DNA of 51,906 nt, the filler included, from Thelocarpon superellum (lineage: Eukaryota): NCBI GenBank assembly GCA_026025795.1. It is 2 parts of 2 records of this genome, joined end to end, with 100 filler letters (N's around TTAATTAATTAA, not from the genome) between each part and the next. Parts side by side here need not be neighbours in the genome. Positions count along the whole stretch, not along the records: positions 26,040 to 51,906 come from JAPEUG010000262.1; 1 more part is not named here. One strand, 5' to 3'. Under the pieces are notes generated by a model. It was not told the DNA's origin. It searched no databases and saw only the letters and a list, made by a program, of their open reading frames with translations. Made by a program: the position numbers and the translations under genes. Shown here one piece after another: positions 34,241 to 48,868 of the stretch (position 1 is its first letter; each line of letters starts with the position of its first letter).

Positions 34241-34864
34241 GCAGTCGACTGCGAAGTATGTGCGAGTCGTACCGGAGTTGCCTTGCGAGCTGCACGAAAT
34301 CGTAGTCCGACGCCGGCCACGCTCGAGATTTGCCCGATTCTTACGAGGGGCCGTAAGCGCGCCCACGGGCGTTGCCAATGAGAGAAGCGGGAGAAGGAGA
34401 CGCCCGTCCCTGGGGAAACGAGCTAGGCCCAGCGTCGAAGTGGTGCTGATGCTCGAGATAGTAAGATGATCCGAAAATGACCGCGAAGAACAGGGCAACG
34501 AATGCAGCCAAGACCAGGTGGCCGGCAGGACGTCGGTCCGCCGCCAGCCTCAACCACGGCATCGTGCACGTCAGACTAGCAGACCACGGAGCATGGAGGA
34601 CCGGCCGCGGAGTGCACGATGACCCCGATCCCCCGCGCAAGTGTCTCGGCGCTGATGGTCAATTACTCCGTCGACAGGGCCGACGCATGAGATTGGTCCA
34701 GCGCGATGGGGCTGGGGTTACATCTTGACCAGGCTCGGGGTCCACGTCAGGCCAAGTCTGACTCCGAAAGCGCCTCCCTCTTGACCGCTGCATCGGTAGC
34801 CCTGGCCCTATCGGCGCCAAGTCCACCCGGTCATCGCTCATCCTGTCATCCATACAGTTCCCCC

Positions 34865-35953
34865 TCAACCAGGCCCCGACATTGCGGGCCCGCCACGACG
34901 ATGGCCCCGATTGTTGGGCACTGCCCGAGACCCATCCAGAGCTGGGAGAGACCGCATCGGCCGGTCACACGACCGCCGTGCCGGGGATGCTCCGCCCCTC
35001 GTGCCGCCACCTCGACAGCGTTGGGCCGGCCGACGCTGGAGCGGGCCGGCGCCTGACGCCCGTGTCTCAGATGATGGCGCCGGGCGCGTCGTCCGTCCAC
35101 TCGAAGCATCCGTAGTTGACGCTTGACGACCGCTCTCGAGAATGACGATCTGAAGGCTCGCTGGGAGACGGCGCACGGGCGTCGAGACTCCCCGAGGTGA
35201 TGCTGCTGATGGTCGAGATGAGCGCAGCATCAGATCGGGAGGAGACCCACCAGCATCAGCCCGATAGCGCGTGGGACCCACAATAACGGCCGAAGATGGG
35301 GCAATGTGCAAGGCAGGCCCGTTTACAATCGCCGGCGTTGCCACCCTAACGTGCCCCACGCGCCCCAGCTCGATGGTCTCGAAGCCGGCGAATGTTGGGT
35401 CGACCGGCGAGGCCCAGCTTGAGTCGGTCGAGGCGGTCGAGGCAGTCGAGGGGGAAACGTAGGTTCGGAGGCCCCCGCCAACATCGATGTCCGAGTCGGA
35501 CGCGGGCGAAGGGACGGTGGATGGGAGGGCACGGTGCGACCCGATTTCTAGAGCCACATTCAGCAGTGGGCGAGCAGCCTGGCTCGAACCCCACTCCGAA
35601 TCCTCTTCCACGGCGTCAGGCATCTTGGTCTCCGGGGGTGGTACTGAGCATTCTTCGAAGGAGAGAAGCCTTTGCAGCAGAGGATCTCTGGAGACGCCGG
35701 GGGTATAGAGGCCGGTGGATCGCACTGACGAGACCTCCCGGATTCGCGGCACCGTGCTGAGATGAATATTGCAGAATGCCGACCTTTGTCCACGGCCACA
35801 CAGGTAGACGCCGTCCACCCGTCCATCACATTCACCGGGTGCCTTGATGCCCTGGACACAGTTCCGTGCGCTCTCGGGGAGGATAGGTGCATGTTCACGA
35901 ACAAGGATTGTGGAACAAGGACCTGTGGAACAAGTCAAGTGCACGATGATCAT
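34865..35953 (-). CDS. Hypothetical protein with Cys/His-rich N-terminus and Ser/Pro-rich disordered remainder
   Basis: A long stop-free frame not overlapping any recognised gene. First in-frame ATG at 35953 (MIIVHLTCSTGPCST...CVQG...ECDG...YLCG...FCNIH). No family recognised; exon structure uncertain. Confidence 0.4.
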   Translation of the reverse strand: MIIVHLTCSTGPCSTILVREHAPILPESARNCVQGIKAPGECDGRVDGVYLCGRGQRSAFCNIHLSTVPRIREVSSVRSTGLYTPGVSRDPLLQRLLSFEECSVPPPETKMPDAVEEDSEWGSSQAARPLLNVALEIGSHRALPSTVPSPASDSDIDVGGGLRTYVSPSTASTASTDSSWASPVDPTFAGFETIELGRVGHVRVATPAIVNGPALHIAPSSAVIVGPTRYRADAGGSPPDLMLRSSRPSAASPRGVSTPVRRLPASLQIVILESGRQASTTDASSGRTTRPAPSSETRASGAGPLQRRPAQRCRGGGTRGGASPARRSCDRPMRSLPALDGSRAVPNNRGHRRGGPAMSGPG

Positions 35954-36162
35954 CAGCGAAATAGCCTGAGGAGGGCAAATGAGATTCTTTTGTTCTCGCA
36001 CTATGGCCTTGGGAGGGAACAAGGTCAAGGAGGAGTGGAGGAACAACGGAAGAACAGAAGGGAGGCGCGCATCTCCCGGGAAGGATGAGCGGCTCTACGC
36101 CGTGTCTTCATGTCATTGTCTGGGTATCTCCCGTCAGAGTCCACCCGTGTATCTCCACCTCG

Positions 36163-37565
36163 TCAGGATCGACCCAGTGAATGATCCTCGCTCGTGCTGG
36201 CGCCGGCCCTATCCCTCGACGCAACCTCATCAAAGAAATCGAGCATCTTGGGATAAGTGGTGGGCATGATGCACTCGGGGATGACCTCGCCCGACGACTC
36301 GCACGGGCAGCCGTAGATGGGGTCAGAGAATCTCGTGCCGGCTGGCTCGGTGCTGCAGAGGTAGGCGCGCGTTCGCTGATCGTGGTCATGATCATAGTCA
36401 GTCAACGTGACATCTTTCCGCAGAATGACGAGGTCAGAGGAGAAGAAGACGGGTGGAGGGAAAGCGGGTGGCACGGGCGTGGCCAACCCACCTGGTGCAA
36501 GAAGGTGGCGAAGGCGTGCGAGGTGAGGTCGCGCACGTCGTGGAGTGGATTGCCGAGTGCGAGGGCAGAGAAGCGCGACGACCAAGACGCCCCTGTTTCG
36601 TTCCTTAGCTTGCGATCATGATAAGAAGCGCGGTGCTAGGGAAAGGGACCCGTACAGATCATGTCCAAGAAGCGCACCGCGACACGAGCACCATCGGAGA
36701 GGGCGATGACATCGATCATGGCATCCGGCGCAGTGAGACGTCCCACGACCCGCTCGATCATCTGGCGCGTATGATCCGCCATGCTCGTATTCCCCTCCAC
36801 GCGATTTTTCTTCCCGTCGATGCGCGGGGCCGGGTGGACGGCGGTCGGCTTGGACTGGGCAAACCAGGTGTCGAAGCTCATGGCCTTCTGCTCGCGCGGG
36901 GACCAGAGCAGCTGGCCCAGGTTGGCGACGATCAGACCGACGGGGGGCGAGCGTGCAGAGAGGGTCTTGAGCAAGTTGATGACGGAGCCGCCGTTAATGC
37001 CGCCGCGGCCGCTGGTGGCCATACTGTGGTAAGACCAGATGCCCAGGTCCTTGTTGCCTTCGTTGAAGACGAGCACGACGCGTTTGAACCTCGACAGATG
37101 GGGCGAGATCAGGATGGGGATGTGCGGCTTCGTCGGCTGGATGCCCAAGGGCAGATTGCGGATGCTGATGCTGTCTTGCAGGGCCAAGAGCCGCTGGGCC
37201 ACGATGTGGCGGAGGTACGCTGTGACGAATCGGTCAGCGGAACCTTCGCCGTGTGCTAGACGTTCTCCGTGACTGTGCAAGACGTCGACTGACTGACCAC
37301 ACACGGCTTCCTTGTGCTTCTGATTGTAGCGGTCGTTCTTGCTGACGCAATACTGAATCCCCTCGGTCGGATTTTGCTTGGACTTGATCTCGTCGTTTCC
37401 CGTCATCTCGTATCTATCCACTTAGCCTGCAGCTCGTGCCGGGAAGAAGACGCATTCGTGCCGGACGCGCAGAGGGGAGATGAGCGGGTGTTCCTACCCC
37501 AGCGCGTTGAGATCGCGTGGTACGATGGGATCCCTGGGGAACGTGACGTTGGCCTGCCGCAACAT
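36163..37565 (-). CDS. Arb2-domain protein (Argonaute siRNA chaperone complex subunit-like), 4 exons
   Basis: MLRQANVTFPRDPIVPRDLNALG|YEMTGNDEIKS...YCVSKNDRYNQKHKEA; 'LPLGIQPTKPHIPILIS'; 'DLGIWSY...GGINGGSV'; 'GLIVANLGQLLW'; 'NRVEGNTSMADH'; last exon 'RAYLCSTEPAG...GCPCESSGE...ECIMP...LDFF'. Pattern recalled from fungal Arb2 proteins. Confidence 0.75.
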
Positions 37566-38190
37566 GGCTTTTCCCGCCAGGGGATGAACGACTGCTGTCA
37601 GATGTTGGAGACGGCGACGGAAAGAAGTCCTGTTTGTAGATAGGCGGCGGGAATCAAGAGGAGCGACGAGCACGGATTCGTGGAGGCATGTGGCTCAAGA
37701 TCTTCTCGGCGGCTGAGTAGTAGCCTGTGGGTCTGGTGAAGGGAGTGATGGACGACTGAGTAGACAGGAAACATGGCAAGCGACTGGAGAGATAGAGGGT
37801 TCACTCTTCACCCAGCGCTTTCGACTCGTGCAGTGAGCCACAAGAAGTGAAGGACGAGGCGTGGACTGGAGACGCCTCACTTGTTTGCGCGGGGTGACTA
37901 GGTGACGAAAATGACATGTACTTGACTTGTCGCGGCTTGTTGCAGCGGTGGCCACCGCTTTGCCGGATCCCCCAGACCAGAGATGGGTGAGGCCGGATGG
38001 CTCATGGCTGAACGGTACGTTGGTCATCACACCCTGTCACCTGCATCGTCGGTCAAGATGTGAGCGATTCATCTAGCGGTCATATGCTACACTGGCTCCT
38101 GTCCTCTCGTCCAACGCCTTCCATGCCCTGTATGCCTCTGTGCGTATCATGTACACTGTCCCTGGTGGTCTCGGGCGTCACCATGTGGCC

Positions 38191-38725
38191 TTACCAGGTC
38201 GCCTTCTTAACCCCCGGGATGTTCCCGGCCAGGGCGTTCATGCGGAAGCAGTACTGTCGTGCCGACCGTCAGCTTGGGACGCGGTGGGTCTTGGGGACGG
38301 CGGGCCGGCGGGACTCACCCGGGCCATGCGGAACTCGCTCAAGACACCCTTGCCACGGCCACCGATGATACAGCGATTCTTGATCTGGGTGGGTCGGGTG
38401 TAGGCATGCATCTGGGACAGCTGTAGTTGGGCCTGGGCACGCATGCGTTGGGGCAGGGTGGTGTTGCGGATGATGTAGCGTAGGGCTTGTCTGGAGGGCA
38501 GACGCGTGATCAGTTCCGTAGGCCTTGATGCGTGCACAGTGATCGGGGACGGAGACTGCGGACGAGACGGGCCAAGGACCAGACGACGAGGATGAGGATG
38601 AGGATGAACAAGGCCTACCGCTCTGTTTCGTGTTGGGCAAAGACTTTTCGTTTGGCGTGGTCTCGCAGGATGAGGGTGTTGACGTAGCAGCCGACATCGA
38701 GCCTCTTCGATCGGAACATGGCCAT
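38191..38725 (-). CDS. MRP2: Mitochondrial ribosomal protein S14 (uS14m), 3 exons
   Basis: MAMFRSKRLDVGCYVNTLILRDHAKRKVFAQHETER|QALRYIIRNTTLPQRMRAQAQLQLSQMHAYTRPTQIKNRCIIGGRGKGVLSEFRMAR|YCFRMNALAGNIPGVKKATW*. Confidence 0.92.
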
Positions 38726-39286
38726 CTTGGACGCGGATGAAGAGGTGATGCGGCAAAGGACGCCAGTGAGAGGTGAGAGGTGGTGTGCAGCAGATGAGGA
38801 ACGTGGTCCGCAAGATGATCGGCTGCCTGATTGGTCGCCGTCCTCGTCGGTCGCAAAGTCAATTCGGCTGCCTCTAATCCACCAGACAGGGCATCTCCCC
38901 GGTTTTACCAGGCACGCCTCACAGGCAATGCTACCCTACACATACTCTTCCTCTTCTTCTTTGCATGTACGGCTCCATTTATCGCTATTGGAAGTGGTCC
39001 ATCTTACAGTCGAAGTACTACAGTCGAGTGGGTACAGCGGATACTAAGAGATCGAGGCGAACGGGAACCAAGAAAAGGCCGGGAAGAATACGGCGACAAC
39101 AGCGGAGGAACGGAATGGGGGAGACAAGAACGCCAAGGGAGTAGTCAAGCACGCACCATCGCTTATCCTCTCCGCCCGTATTTCATCCGATAAAGACGTG
39201 CGTTCGACCAGGGAGTCATTCCCATCCAATGGGCCCATCCAATGGGCATGCCGATCCCAATGACCCTGCAACCTCCCCACGCCGTT

Positions 39287-41320
39287 CTAGCTCTTCCTTG
39301 AAGGAAGGTCAGACACGGCAAACTCGCTCGCGTTTGTCCCCGCCGTTGCTTCCGTAAGAGGAGCGGTAGAGGTGGGAGACAATGCAGAGGGAAAAGGTGG
39401 GTTGCTGGATGGAGGGGGTGGACGCGGAGGTAAAGCGAGGGGACCCGACGAGCGACGTGGCGGTAGGACATCGTGATTCTGTCCCATGGTCGATGAAGTC
39501 TCGCTTGCGTGACTGGCCTTGGCAGGCGAGATTGGGAGGGGAGGGAGCGGGTTGGGTAGGCGAAGATCGGTAGACGAAGGCTTTACCGGCGCGTTGGGTG
39601 CTTGGTCATTCGCCGCAGGGTCGGGCGCCGAGGAGAGTACGTCAGCGATTGACGAGACCGTGGGCGCGGGTGGTGATGGCAACGAGGGTGGCGGCGGGGG
39701 GGCTGCGTGAGTTGGAGGCAGAGCATCTTTGTGGCTAGCCGCAGGCGAGAGGAGGATGCTGCTGAGAGTGACGGGCCGAGCGTCCGCTGAGGATGTCGAG
39801 CCTGCAGCTGTCGGTGCAGGTGCAGATGGGGATGCGGACGACGGGGTATGCTCCATCGTCATATCGCCATTTGCCGCTTTCGTCTGGGCCTCTGGCTTGC
39901 CCTCTCGGAGGCTCATTGCCTCATCGGATTTCCTCCTCTGACGGTCGGATTTAGCTGAAGCAGCCGAAGATCGTCGACGGGGAAAATCAGGCTTGGCGGG
40001 TAGAGGGTGCTTGATTTCCGTCGGGCTGGGATGTGACAAGGATGTCTTCCGCGGCGATGGCGGAGGTGGCAGGTTGGGCTTGGATGGGAGGGTGGATGGG
40101 CTCGAGGCGGGTGCTTCCTTGGACGACATCGTAGACATCTCCGATGCCTTTCTCTTCTTGCTCGCATCAGGCGTGGGCGAGGGCGAGAGTTCCCCGTCCT
40201 CTCGATCCTTGCCCCCCTCTCCTCCCGCTCCGGCGCCTCCGTCGGCCATGGTGGGTTCGTCCATCATCTCCGTATCTTCTTCCATCGACCCCGGTGATTG
40301 TCGACTGGTGCGCGCACCATCGATGCCCTGCTTCCCTTCACCTTCACCTTCACCTTCACCTTCACCTTCACCTTCGCCTTCACCTTCACCTTCACCTTCA
40401 CCTTCCTCGTCGCCCTCGTCTTCTCCTTCCCCTTCGGCCTCCCCTTCGGCCTCTCCCTCACCTCCATCGTCGTCGTTGGCTCGGCCGTCGCCATCGCCGT
40501 GGACGTGATCCTCTCCGTGGTCCGTCTCTCCATTCGCGCCCGACGCGCTCCGTGACACGCGCGACGACTTCTTCCGTCGCCGAAACGCCGACTTGGCTCT
40601 CCGCTTGGGAGGCGCGGACTTCTTCTTCGCGGGCGGAGTGGGCTGGGCCGAGCGTTGCGCCTCACCGTCCACATCGATCATGGCGATGCCGGCCTCGTGC
40701 ATGATCACCTCGGCCTCAAACTCTCCCTCCACCACCTGTCCTTCTGGCACCAGGACTTCATCCACGTATTCGTTCCCGTCCTGATCCGTCCGTCGCACCT
40801 TGGCCCGCTTGTAGACTCGCGGCGCGAAGAAGTCGAGGATCATCGGCGGGGGACCCAGTCCCTTTCTCCGCTTGGCCAGGTACTCTGGCTCGGGCACGTC
40901 CGCGTGGGCGGGAACCTGCGCCCAGCGATTCACGACAAAGGCCGACTTCTCCAGCTCCTTCTTCTTCTTCTCCTCTTCCGTCCCATCCTTGACCTCCTCT
41001 TCCACGGCCGGGCGGGGCTTGTTGACGCGACCGGCGCGTGCGGCCTGGAGCAGAGCCTGACTCATGGGACACAGCAGGTGCGCGTCTTTGGGCATGGGCA
41101 GTTCCTTCCGCAAGTTCTGCGGACTCGGCGGCTCCACCTTGGGCGGCACGCCCATGATGGCCGGCGTCCGGCGCCACGACTTGACGGGCAGCCCTTCCAT
41201 CTCGTCATGGTCGATGTAGGTGCGTGCATTGCGCTCGCGGCGCGACTGACCAGGCTGGCGATACTGGAGAACGTCAGCGGGGAAGGTCCCTCGGGCAGGA
41301 ACCTGGCCTACCCGAGACAT
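39287..41320 (-). CDS. Conserved fungal protein of unknown function; acidic (GE)n tract, basic NLS-like segment, Pro/Ser-rich tail
   Basis: 677-codon frame. N-terminal 'EGLPVKSWRR...ELPMPKDAHLLCPMSQALLQAARAG...WAQVPAHADVPEPEYLAKRRKGL' resembles a Pezizomycotina-conserved family. A probable in-frame 48-nt intron follows MSR (GTAGGC...CTGAC...CAG). Confidence 0.75.
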   Translation of the reverse strand: MSRVGQVPARGTFPADVLQYRQPGQSRRERNARTYIDHDEMEGLPVKSWRRTPAIMGVPPKVEPPSPQNLRKELPMPKDAHLLCPMSQALLQAARAGRVNKPRPAVEEEVKDGTEEEKKKKELEKSAFVVNRWAQVPAHADVPEPEYLAKRRKGLGPPPMILDFFAPRVYKRAKVRRTDQDGNEYVDEVLVPEGQVVEGEFEAEVIMHEAGIAMIDVDGEAQRSAQPTPPAKKKSAPPKRRAKSAFRRRKKSSRVSRSASGANGETDHGEDHVHGDGDGRANDDDGGEGEAEGEAEGEGEDEGDEEGEGEGEGEGEGEGEGEGEGEGEGKQGIDGARTSRQSPGSMEEDTEMMDEPTMADGGAGAGGEGGKDREDGELSPSPTPDASKKRKASEMSTMSSKEAPASSPSTLPSKPNLPPPPSPRKTSLSHPSPTEIKHPLPAKPDFPRRRSSAASAKSDRQRRKSDEAMSLREGKPEAQTKAANGDMTMEHTPSSASPSAPAPTAAGSTSSADARPVTLSSILLSPAASHKDALPPTHAAPPPPPSLPSPPAPTVSSIADVLSSAPDPAANDQAPNAPVKPSSTDLRLPNPLPPLPISPAKASHASETSSTMGQNHDVLPPRRSSGPLALPPRPPPPSSNPPFPSALSPTSTAPLTEATAGTNASEFAVSDLPSRKS

Positions 41321-41861
41321 GGTCCTGCCTTCTCACCCAGCGGGGAGGGCGTGCGTGCGAAGAAGTCGACCAGACGGGCCGTGAGGTGAGGGCGCTGCGA
41401 TGCGAACGAGGTTGGGTACCTGACACGCACGCGAAATGCGTCTTGCGTCGGGTCGCTTCTCGTGAATGTCATGAGTACCGGTACAATTCACCGATGAGTT
41501 GTATTGTCTGTTGTTCCATTACTTGTGGGCATTGAAGTATCGAATGCACTAGCCGAAACCAGTAAGGTCCAGGACGCCCATTCATCTCGAGCATCAATGA
41601 TGAAGTCGTGTGAGAGCGCTCCGTCGATACACAAACAGAGTTCGAAGAAGAAAGACCCAGCAGTCTACCTTCATGGCTTCCTACGCATGTAATGTACATT
41701 TCCAATGACCCATCTTCACTGCGCCGGGCGCGCACCTGTGAAACGCCAAACTGTTGCGATGAAGGTGAGATCAGATCCATGCTTCGCGCAAAGACCGTCA
41801 AGAAGAGGAGTTGAGTGGTGCTTGTTGAGGGGCATCGCATGGGCGAATCTTGCCGCAGAAT

Positions 41862-42485
41862 TCAGGTCCATCTGTGCATGGTCAGCTTCTGACGTATTGA
41901 TCTGGAGTGCGTCGGTAGCGGCTCACCCGGTATCTTTTTGTCGGACGAGTTCCCCTCGATCGCCACTTTGTCGGCCCTGTAGCATTCGTGTGAGCACACG
42001 AGCCGAGCGGCTCTTGGGGACGGTGCTCTACGACTTACCGACGCTCCGCCTTCCACGACCAGCCGATCCAGTTGGAAGAATTGGCTGACAACCGTCTGTC
42101 GCTGTACGCATCGCCCCTCAGTCGAGATATCTTAGACGTCATCCCCGGGGAGGCCTACCTTCATCACCTGTAGCTCTTTCAGCCCCTTCTGCATCAACTC
42201 TTGGACCGATCTTGGGTCGTGTTCGTGTTGTGATTCTCGAAAGGCATCGCGCGTCCGTCTCTTTGCATACTCCCGGAAATTGTAGGCGGCGAACTGTCGC
42301 GATTGTCGGAGCAGAGACCGATACTGTTGAGACGACACGGTCAGCAAGGTGACAGATGGACTCCAGTCATGGCTGCTGCAGAGGAAGATGGGACCCAGGA
42401 CGCGTAGAGAAGGACAGAGAGAGCAACGTACTAATGATCGTGCTTGATATGGAGCGTCTCCTCGTGCCATCTGAACCACCGACAT
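41862..42485 (-). CDS. ISD11: LYR-motif protein Isd11 (LYRM4), cysteine desulfurase activator, 5 exons
   Basis: ...[35 protein letters not shown]...[51 protein letters not shown]. Confidence 0.9.
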
Positions 42486-42938
42486 GGTGTCGGAGTATTA
42501 CGGGAGAGGCCCAATCACGCGACGAACGAGGACCTGTCAGTCGAGAAACGCCATGGGCGGGAATCAAAAGGACGATGCGACTTGCGGGTGTCGGTGCCGG
42601 TGCCGGTGCCGGTGCTGGGGACAGTATCTCAGTCGCTGGCTGTCAGCATCTTCGGCAGCGTCGCCCTCCTGTGCTCCGGTGCTCCGTATCCCGTATCGTC
42701 CTTCGTACTAATCTTCGATTTCTCGCCTTTCAGCCACATCACGTCATTTGTGTCTTTCTTCATTTATTGCCCCCGTGTGTCCATCCACCTCCTCCGGTCG
42801 CATTGGTTGACGTTCCCAGTTATCCGTCAGTCCCATCTCACTGATTCGATCGAGTGACCATGTTGAACCGTCTATTAATTTCGTCTCTATTTTTGGCGTG
42901 TACGCAATGTTCGCTTTTCGCGATTCATATTTCATTTC

Positions 42939-45098
<2,160 letters not shown>

Positions 45099-45935
45099 TC
45101 ACGGGCGCGGTCAAGGTCGACGAGCACGGAACCTCCGACACAATGAGCACGGTCGTCACCCCAAAGGCGCCGCGGGCGATGAGGATGGTGGAGCAGGGGC
45201 AGAGCTGGGCCGGATGAGTGCCGTGCGTGGCTTCCAGCGTCTTGTCATGGGAGGAATGCCCCGCGGCTGGAAATATGTTTTGGGCGTCCGATCTCGGCCC
45301 CGGCCGACGGTGCGTCATGCTAACTGCAACTAAGATACAATCCCCCTCTTCGGCTCTTCGAGACACGAGACCCAATGTGCTAAGGCTACTAGCCTCACTA
45401 CGACGCACAGGCAATGACGTGCTTGGATCAGAGGATGGCGATCAAGGCTCATGATTGATGCAAGTCGTCCGAGGCGGGGGATGGACGAGTAGCAAATCTC
45501 CTGCTGCTGATGCGTGGGCGTCGTGTGTTGACGGGCCCCGTGGGAGTGTAGAGTCACGCCCACAAGTATGAGTTCATCCTGCCCGATGCGACTCCTCCGA
45601 CGGGCCCTACGGGTAGATGCATCGAGCGGGCGTCCAACTGCACATGTTCCTGGACCCTGCATACGCCTCTTTCGCCTCCGTTGCCTCGGTCGCTAAAATC
45701 GAGGATCTCACGCCCACTTTCGTCCTTGAACCGTCGTCGGACCCTGCATGTCCGCACCACCTGGTCGTGGCTCGACAGTGGTAGCGCCTTCTTGGCTTAC
45801 ATGATTTCTGCCGCCCAAACGACGCGAGGAACCCTACAAGAACGTGGTGCAGTACCCAGATCCCAAGCCCGCCCCGCGCCGCCCGCTATCCGATATTCTG
45901 ATGACGTACGCCCTTCCGGGGGTCCCGAGGAGATT

Positions 45936-47917
45936 TCAGTCGGACCGATACTGCTGGTTCCCCACCTCATCGATCGGTCCCCGATAGATGCGCTTGCCGT
46001 AGACGAACCAGGAGATCATGGCGATGATGAGCACCCCACCAAACATCACGCTGGAATAGTTCATGTTGGCCGACGTGACCGGCTGAACGGGCGGGAAGAA
46101 GAGGAAGATGGCGATAAAGATGGAGTAGATGATGGCAAAGATGTTGGTCGCCAAGCCGTATCGCCCGAGCGAAAAGGGCCCAAATCGGATGGGCTCGCCG
46201 GAGAGGCGCCGCATGGCGAGCAGGATGATGGGGATCACGTACGACACGTACAGCGCCACCGTCGCCAACGAGATGATGGCGTTAAAGGCCGTCGTCGAGC
46301 CGATGTTGACCAGGCCCAAGACGAAGACGATACACGCCGAGAGCATGATGGCCCGGATGGGAATCGAGAGCCGCGGTTCCACCTGACGCCACCCGGTGAG
46401 CGGCTGGGCCCGAGCGAGCGCGGGCACGGGCGAGAGCGACTCACGTATGCAAAATACTGGGCACAAGGAAGACCCTTGTCCCGCGCAAAAGCCCACGTCA
46501 CCCGCGACGCCGCGGCGAGCATGCCGAAACTCGCAAACGCCGCCACGGCAATCATCGGGCCCATCATGGCCGAGGCCGCGGCATTGGACTGCGTGGCATT
46601 GTAGAAGATCTGGATGATGGGGTAGCCCGTCGGCGAGTTCAACACGCTATCGACATCGCCAATGCTGTAGAGAAGGGCAAGCAGAAAGCCGAAGCCCATC
46701 GCGCCATTGATCAGAATCGAGGTCAGCAAGGTACGCGGCACCACCACCGACGCATTCTCGACCTCTTCGCCTGATGATCGTCAGCTGTGGTCTGCGCGTC
46801 GCCCAACCAGGGCACGTACTCATATGACACGCGCCGTCATAACCTGTCCCAGTCAGCCCGCTGTCTGGCGTCGAGGAGGGGGGGACACGCACAGATGAAG
46901 GGATAGGTGGCGCTCATCAATCCGATGCACCACGACACCCCGTCGTTGTCCCAGCCCCCGTTGTTCATGAATTGCGTCCAGACGAACTCCGAGGAGCTCT
47001 GTCGCGACAGGTAGACCAAGGGGACGAGCAGGATGAAGTAGAAGGCAAAGTGCAAGATCAAGATGACGCTCTCGATATGCGGCAAGATCTTGATGCCAAT
47101 CACGTTGACGCTGACCGACAACAGGATGATGGCCGTGTAGAGCAGGGTGCCGTGCCATCGCTCGAAGACGTACGACTCGTAGTTCAGCACGAGCAGGCCT
47201 TGGATCTGCGTGGCGCCCAGGAACACCACACTGGCCGTGACGGCCTGCCACCCCAGGATGGAGATCCAGCCTGAACACACCTCGACTGAGTCGTGTGGCG
47301 GACGCCGCGGATCGGACGCACGTACCTTCGATCCAACTCAACAAGACGGCCCATCGGGCCGGGGCAAATTTGGCCGTCCAATGGTATTGCCCGCCAGACG
47401 CGGGAATGCTGCGGGGGAAAGGTTCATCAGCGGGAGCTCGTATAGTGGCGGGGAGTGAGATGCCTCCGACGCACATCGATGCCATCTCCGCCAGCGAGGC
47501 TGCCGTAGCCATGGTGCCGATAAAGGACAGGATATAGCCGTACACCAATGAGGTGGGACCGCCATTGAGCAAGCCGGCCGCGAAGGCACTGCACGTCATC
47601 CGTCAATGCCGTGGCACGCGATCCGAGATCCGGATCCAAATACCTGCCCACCCCCTCCCACGTGGCCATCAGCGTCGTGGAAAAGGCAAAGGTCGAGACG
47701 AAGCCAAAGTTCCGCTGGAGACCCCATGGCTGCGTCAGTATCGCGGTCCGTGAACCGTGTGCCTCACGATACGCACCTTGAGCTGCGGCTTCTTCCCGGC
47801 CGATGCTAGATCGCGCTCATCGCGGACGGCGGACACGGAGTCCATGTGGACGGAATCATCCTCGGACCGGGCGAAGTGACGCTCCCGGACATGGTCGTCA
47901 CGCGTGGACTTGCTCAT
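45936..47917 (-). CDS. Amino-acid/choline/GABA permease (APC superfamily, Hnm1/Uga4-like), multi-exon
   Basis: 'GKKPQLK|RNFGFVSTFAFSTTLMATWE'; 'LLNGGPTSLVYG'; 'SLAEMAS..PASGGQYHW'; 'GWISILGWQA'; 'YDGACHMSEEVENA'; 'SRVTWAFARDKGLP'; 'IGSTTAFNAIIS'; 'GPFSLGRYG'; 'PVTSANMNYS'. Confidence 0.9.
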
Positions 47918-48868
47918 GGTCTCCGCACGAGGAAGCGGTAGAGCACGGTGGGCATGCTTGGGGCAACGAGAGCACTCGCGCGTGGCAACGAGATCGATGC
48001 CGGGCAATGGAGACGCTCAGGGAGCAGGATGATCAGGCGTGTCGCTGTCTGCCTTAACCAGCCAGTGTTCCGGGGGGCCAAGAGGGAGGATCCCTCCACG
48101 TGGGTCGCGCACGACGGGCTGTCACGACTCCTCACGTACTCGTATCGGTGTCGGGGCCCGCAGTAGGAGCTCATGGACGATGCCAAGTGCCGCGAAAGGC
48201 GCGTTGCATCCTCCGACTCTCACTGGCGAGTCGGCCCTACGCCTGTGCTATCCGATCCGTTGCCCGTGTCGGGCCATCATGGCACGCCCGCACGCACGCC
48301 AAAGGGCCCCCACTCGGTCGGGCGGCAGCTCCGCCGGTAGGCGATCGCTAGCCCACTGCCGCGGCCACACGCCCACGTCTCCGAGGGGGACAGGCCAATG
48401 GCGCACGGGACGCCTGGGAGGGTCTTGGTGAGAGACTTTTGGGTGCGCGAGCGACTCGTGTATTATTGAGGCGAGACCGTTGCTGGCCCAAGATCCCTGC
48501 CGACGCCCCATAGGATTCGAACTCTATTGCTCTTGCGGGCGGCCAGCGGCATTATCACTGCTGCCCGGCCAGCCGACGGTGGAGAAGGGCCAAGACCATC
48601 GGCCGTGGCCGTGGCCGTGGTCGCTGGGGCTAGCGACGCCGACCACGGACCTGAACGTCGCCGGCTCGTGATGCCATTCGTGCTCCTCTTATCACGTCCT
48701 GCAGTATTCGCGACCGTCATCGCTCCCGTCGTTCCTTGAGCGTCGACCTGGTGCGCCTGCACCCGCTCTCCCCACCATCTGTTGCGCCCCAGGATGTGTG
48801 GCCGTCGTCCCATCGTCACCGTTTGGCTTTCCTTGACCGGGTGACACAGGTCAGGGTAGGTTGCGGCC

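Noticed and set aside
48500..48570. tRNA-like GAGTTCGAATCC with an upstream GCCCGCAAGAGC arm on the minus strand
   Set aside because: The T-stem pairs poorly, and I could not build acceptor, D or anticodon arms. tRNAscan-SE would settle it.
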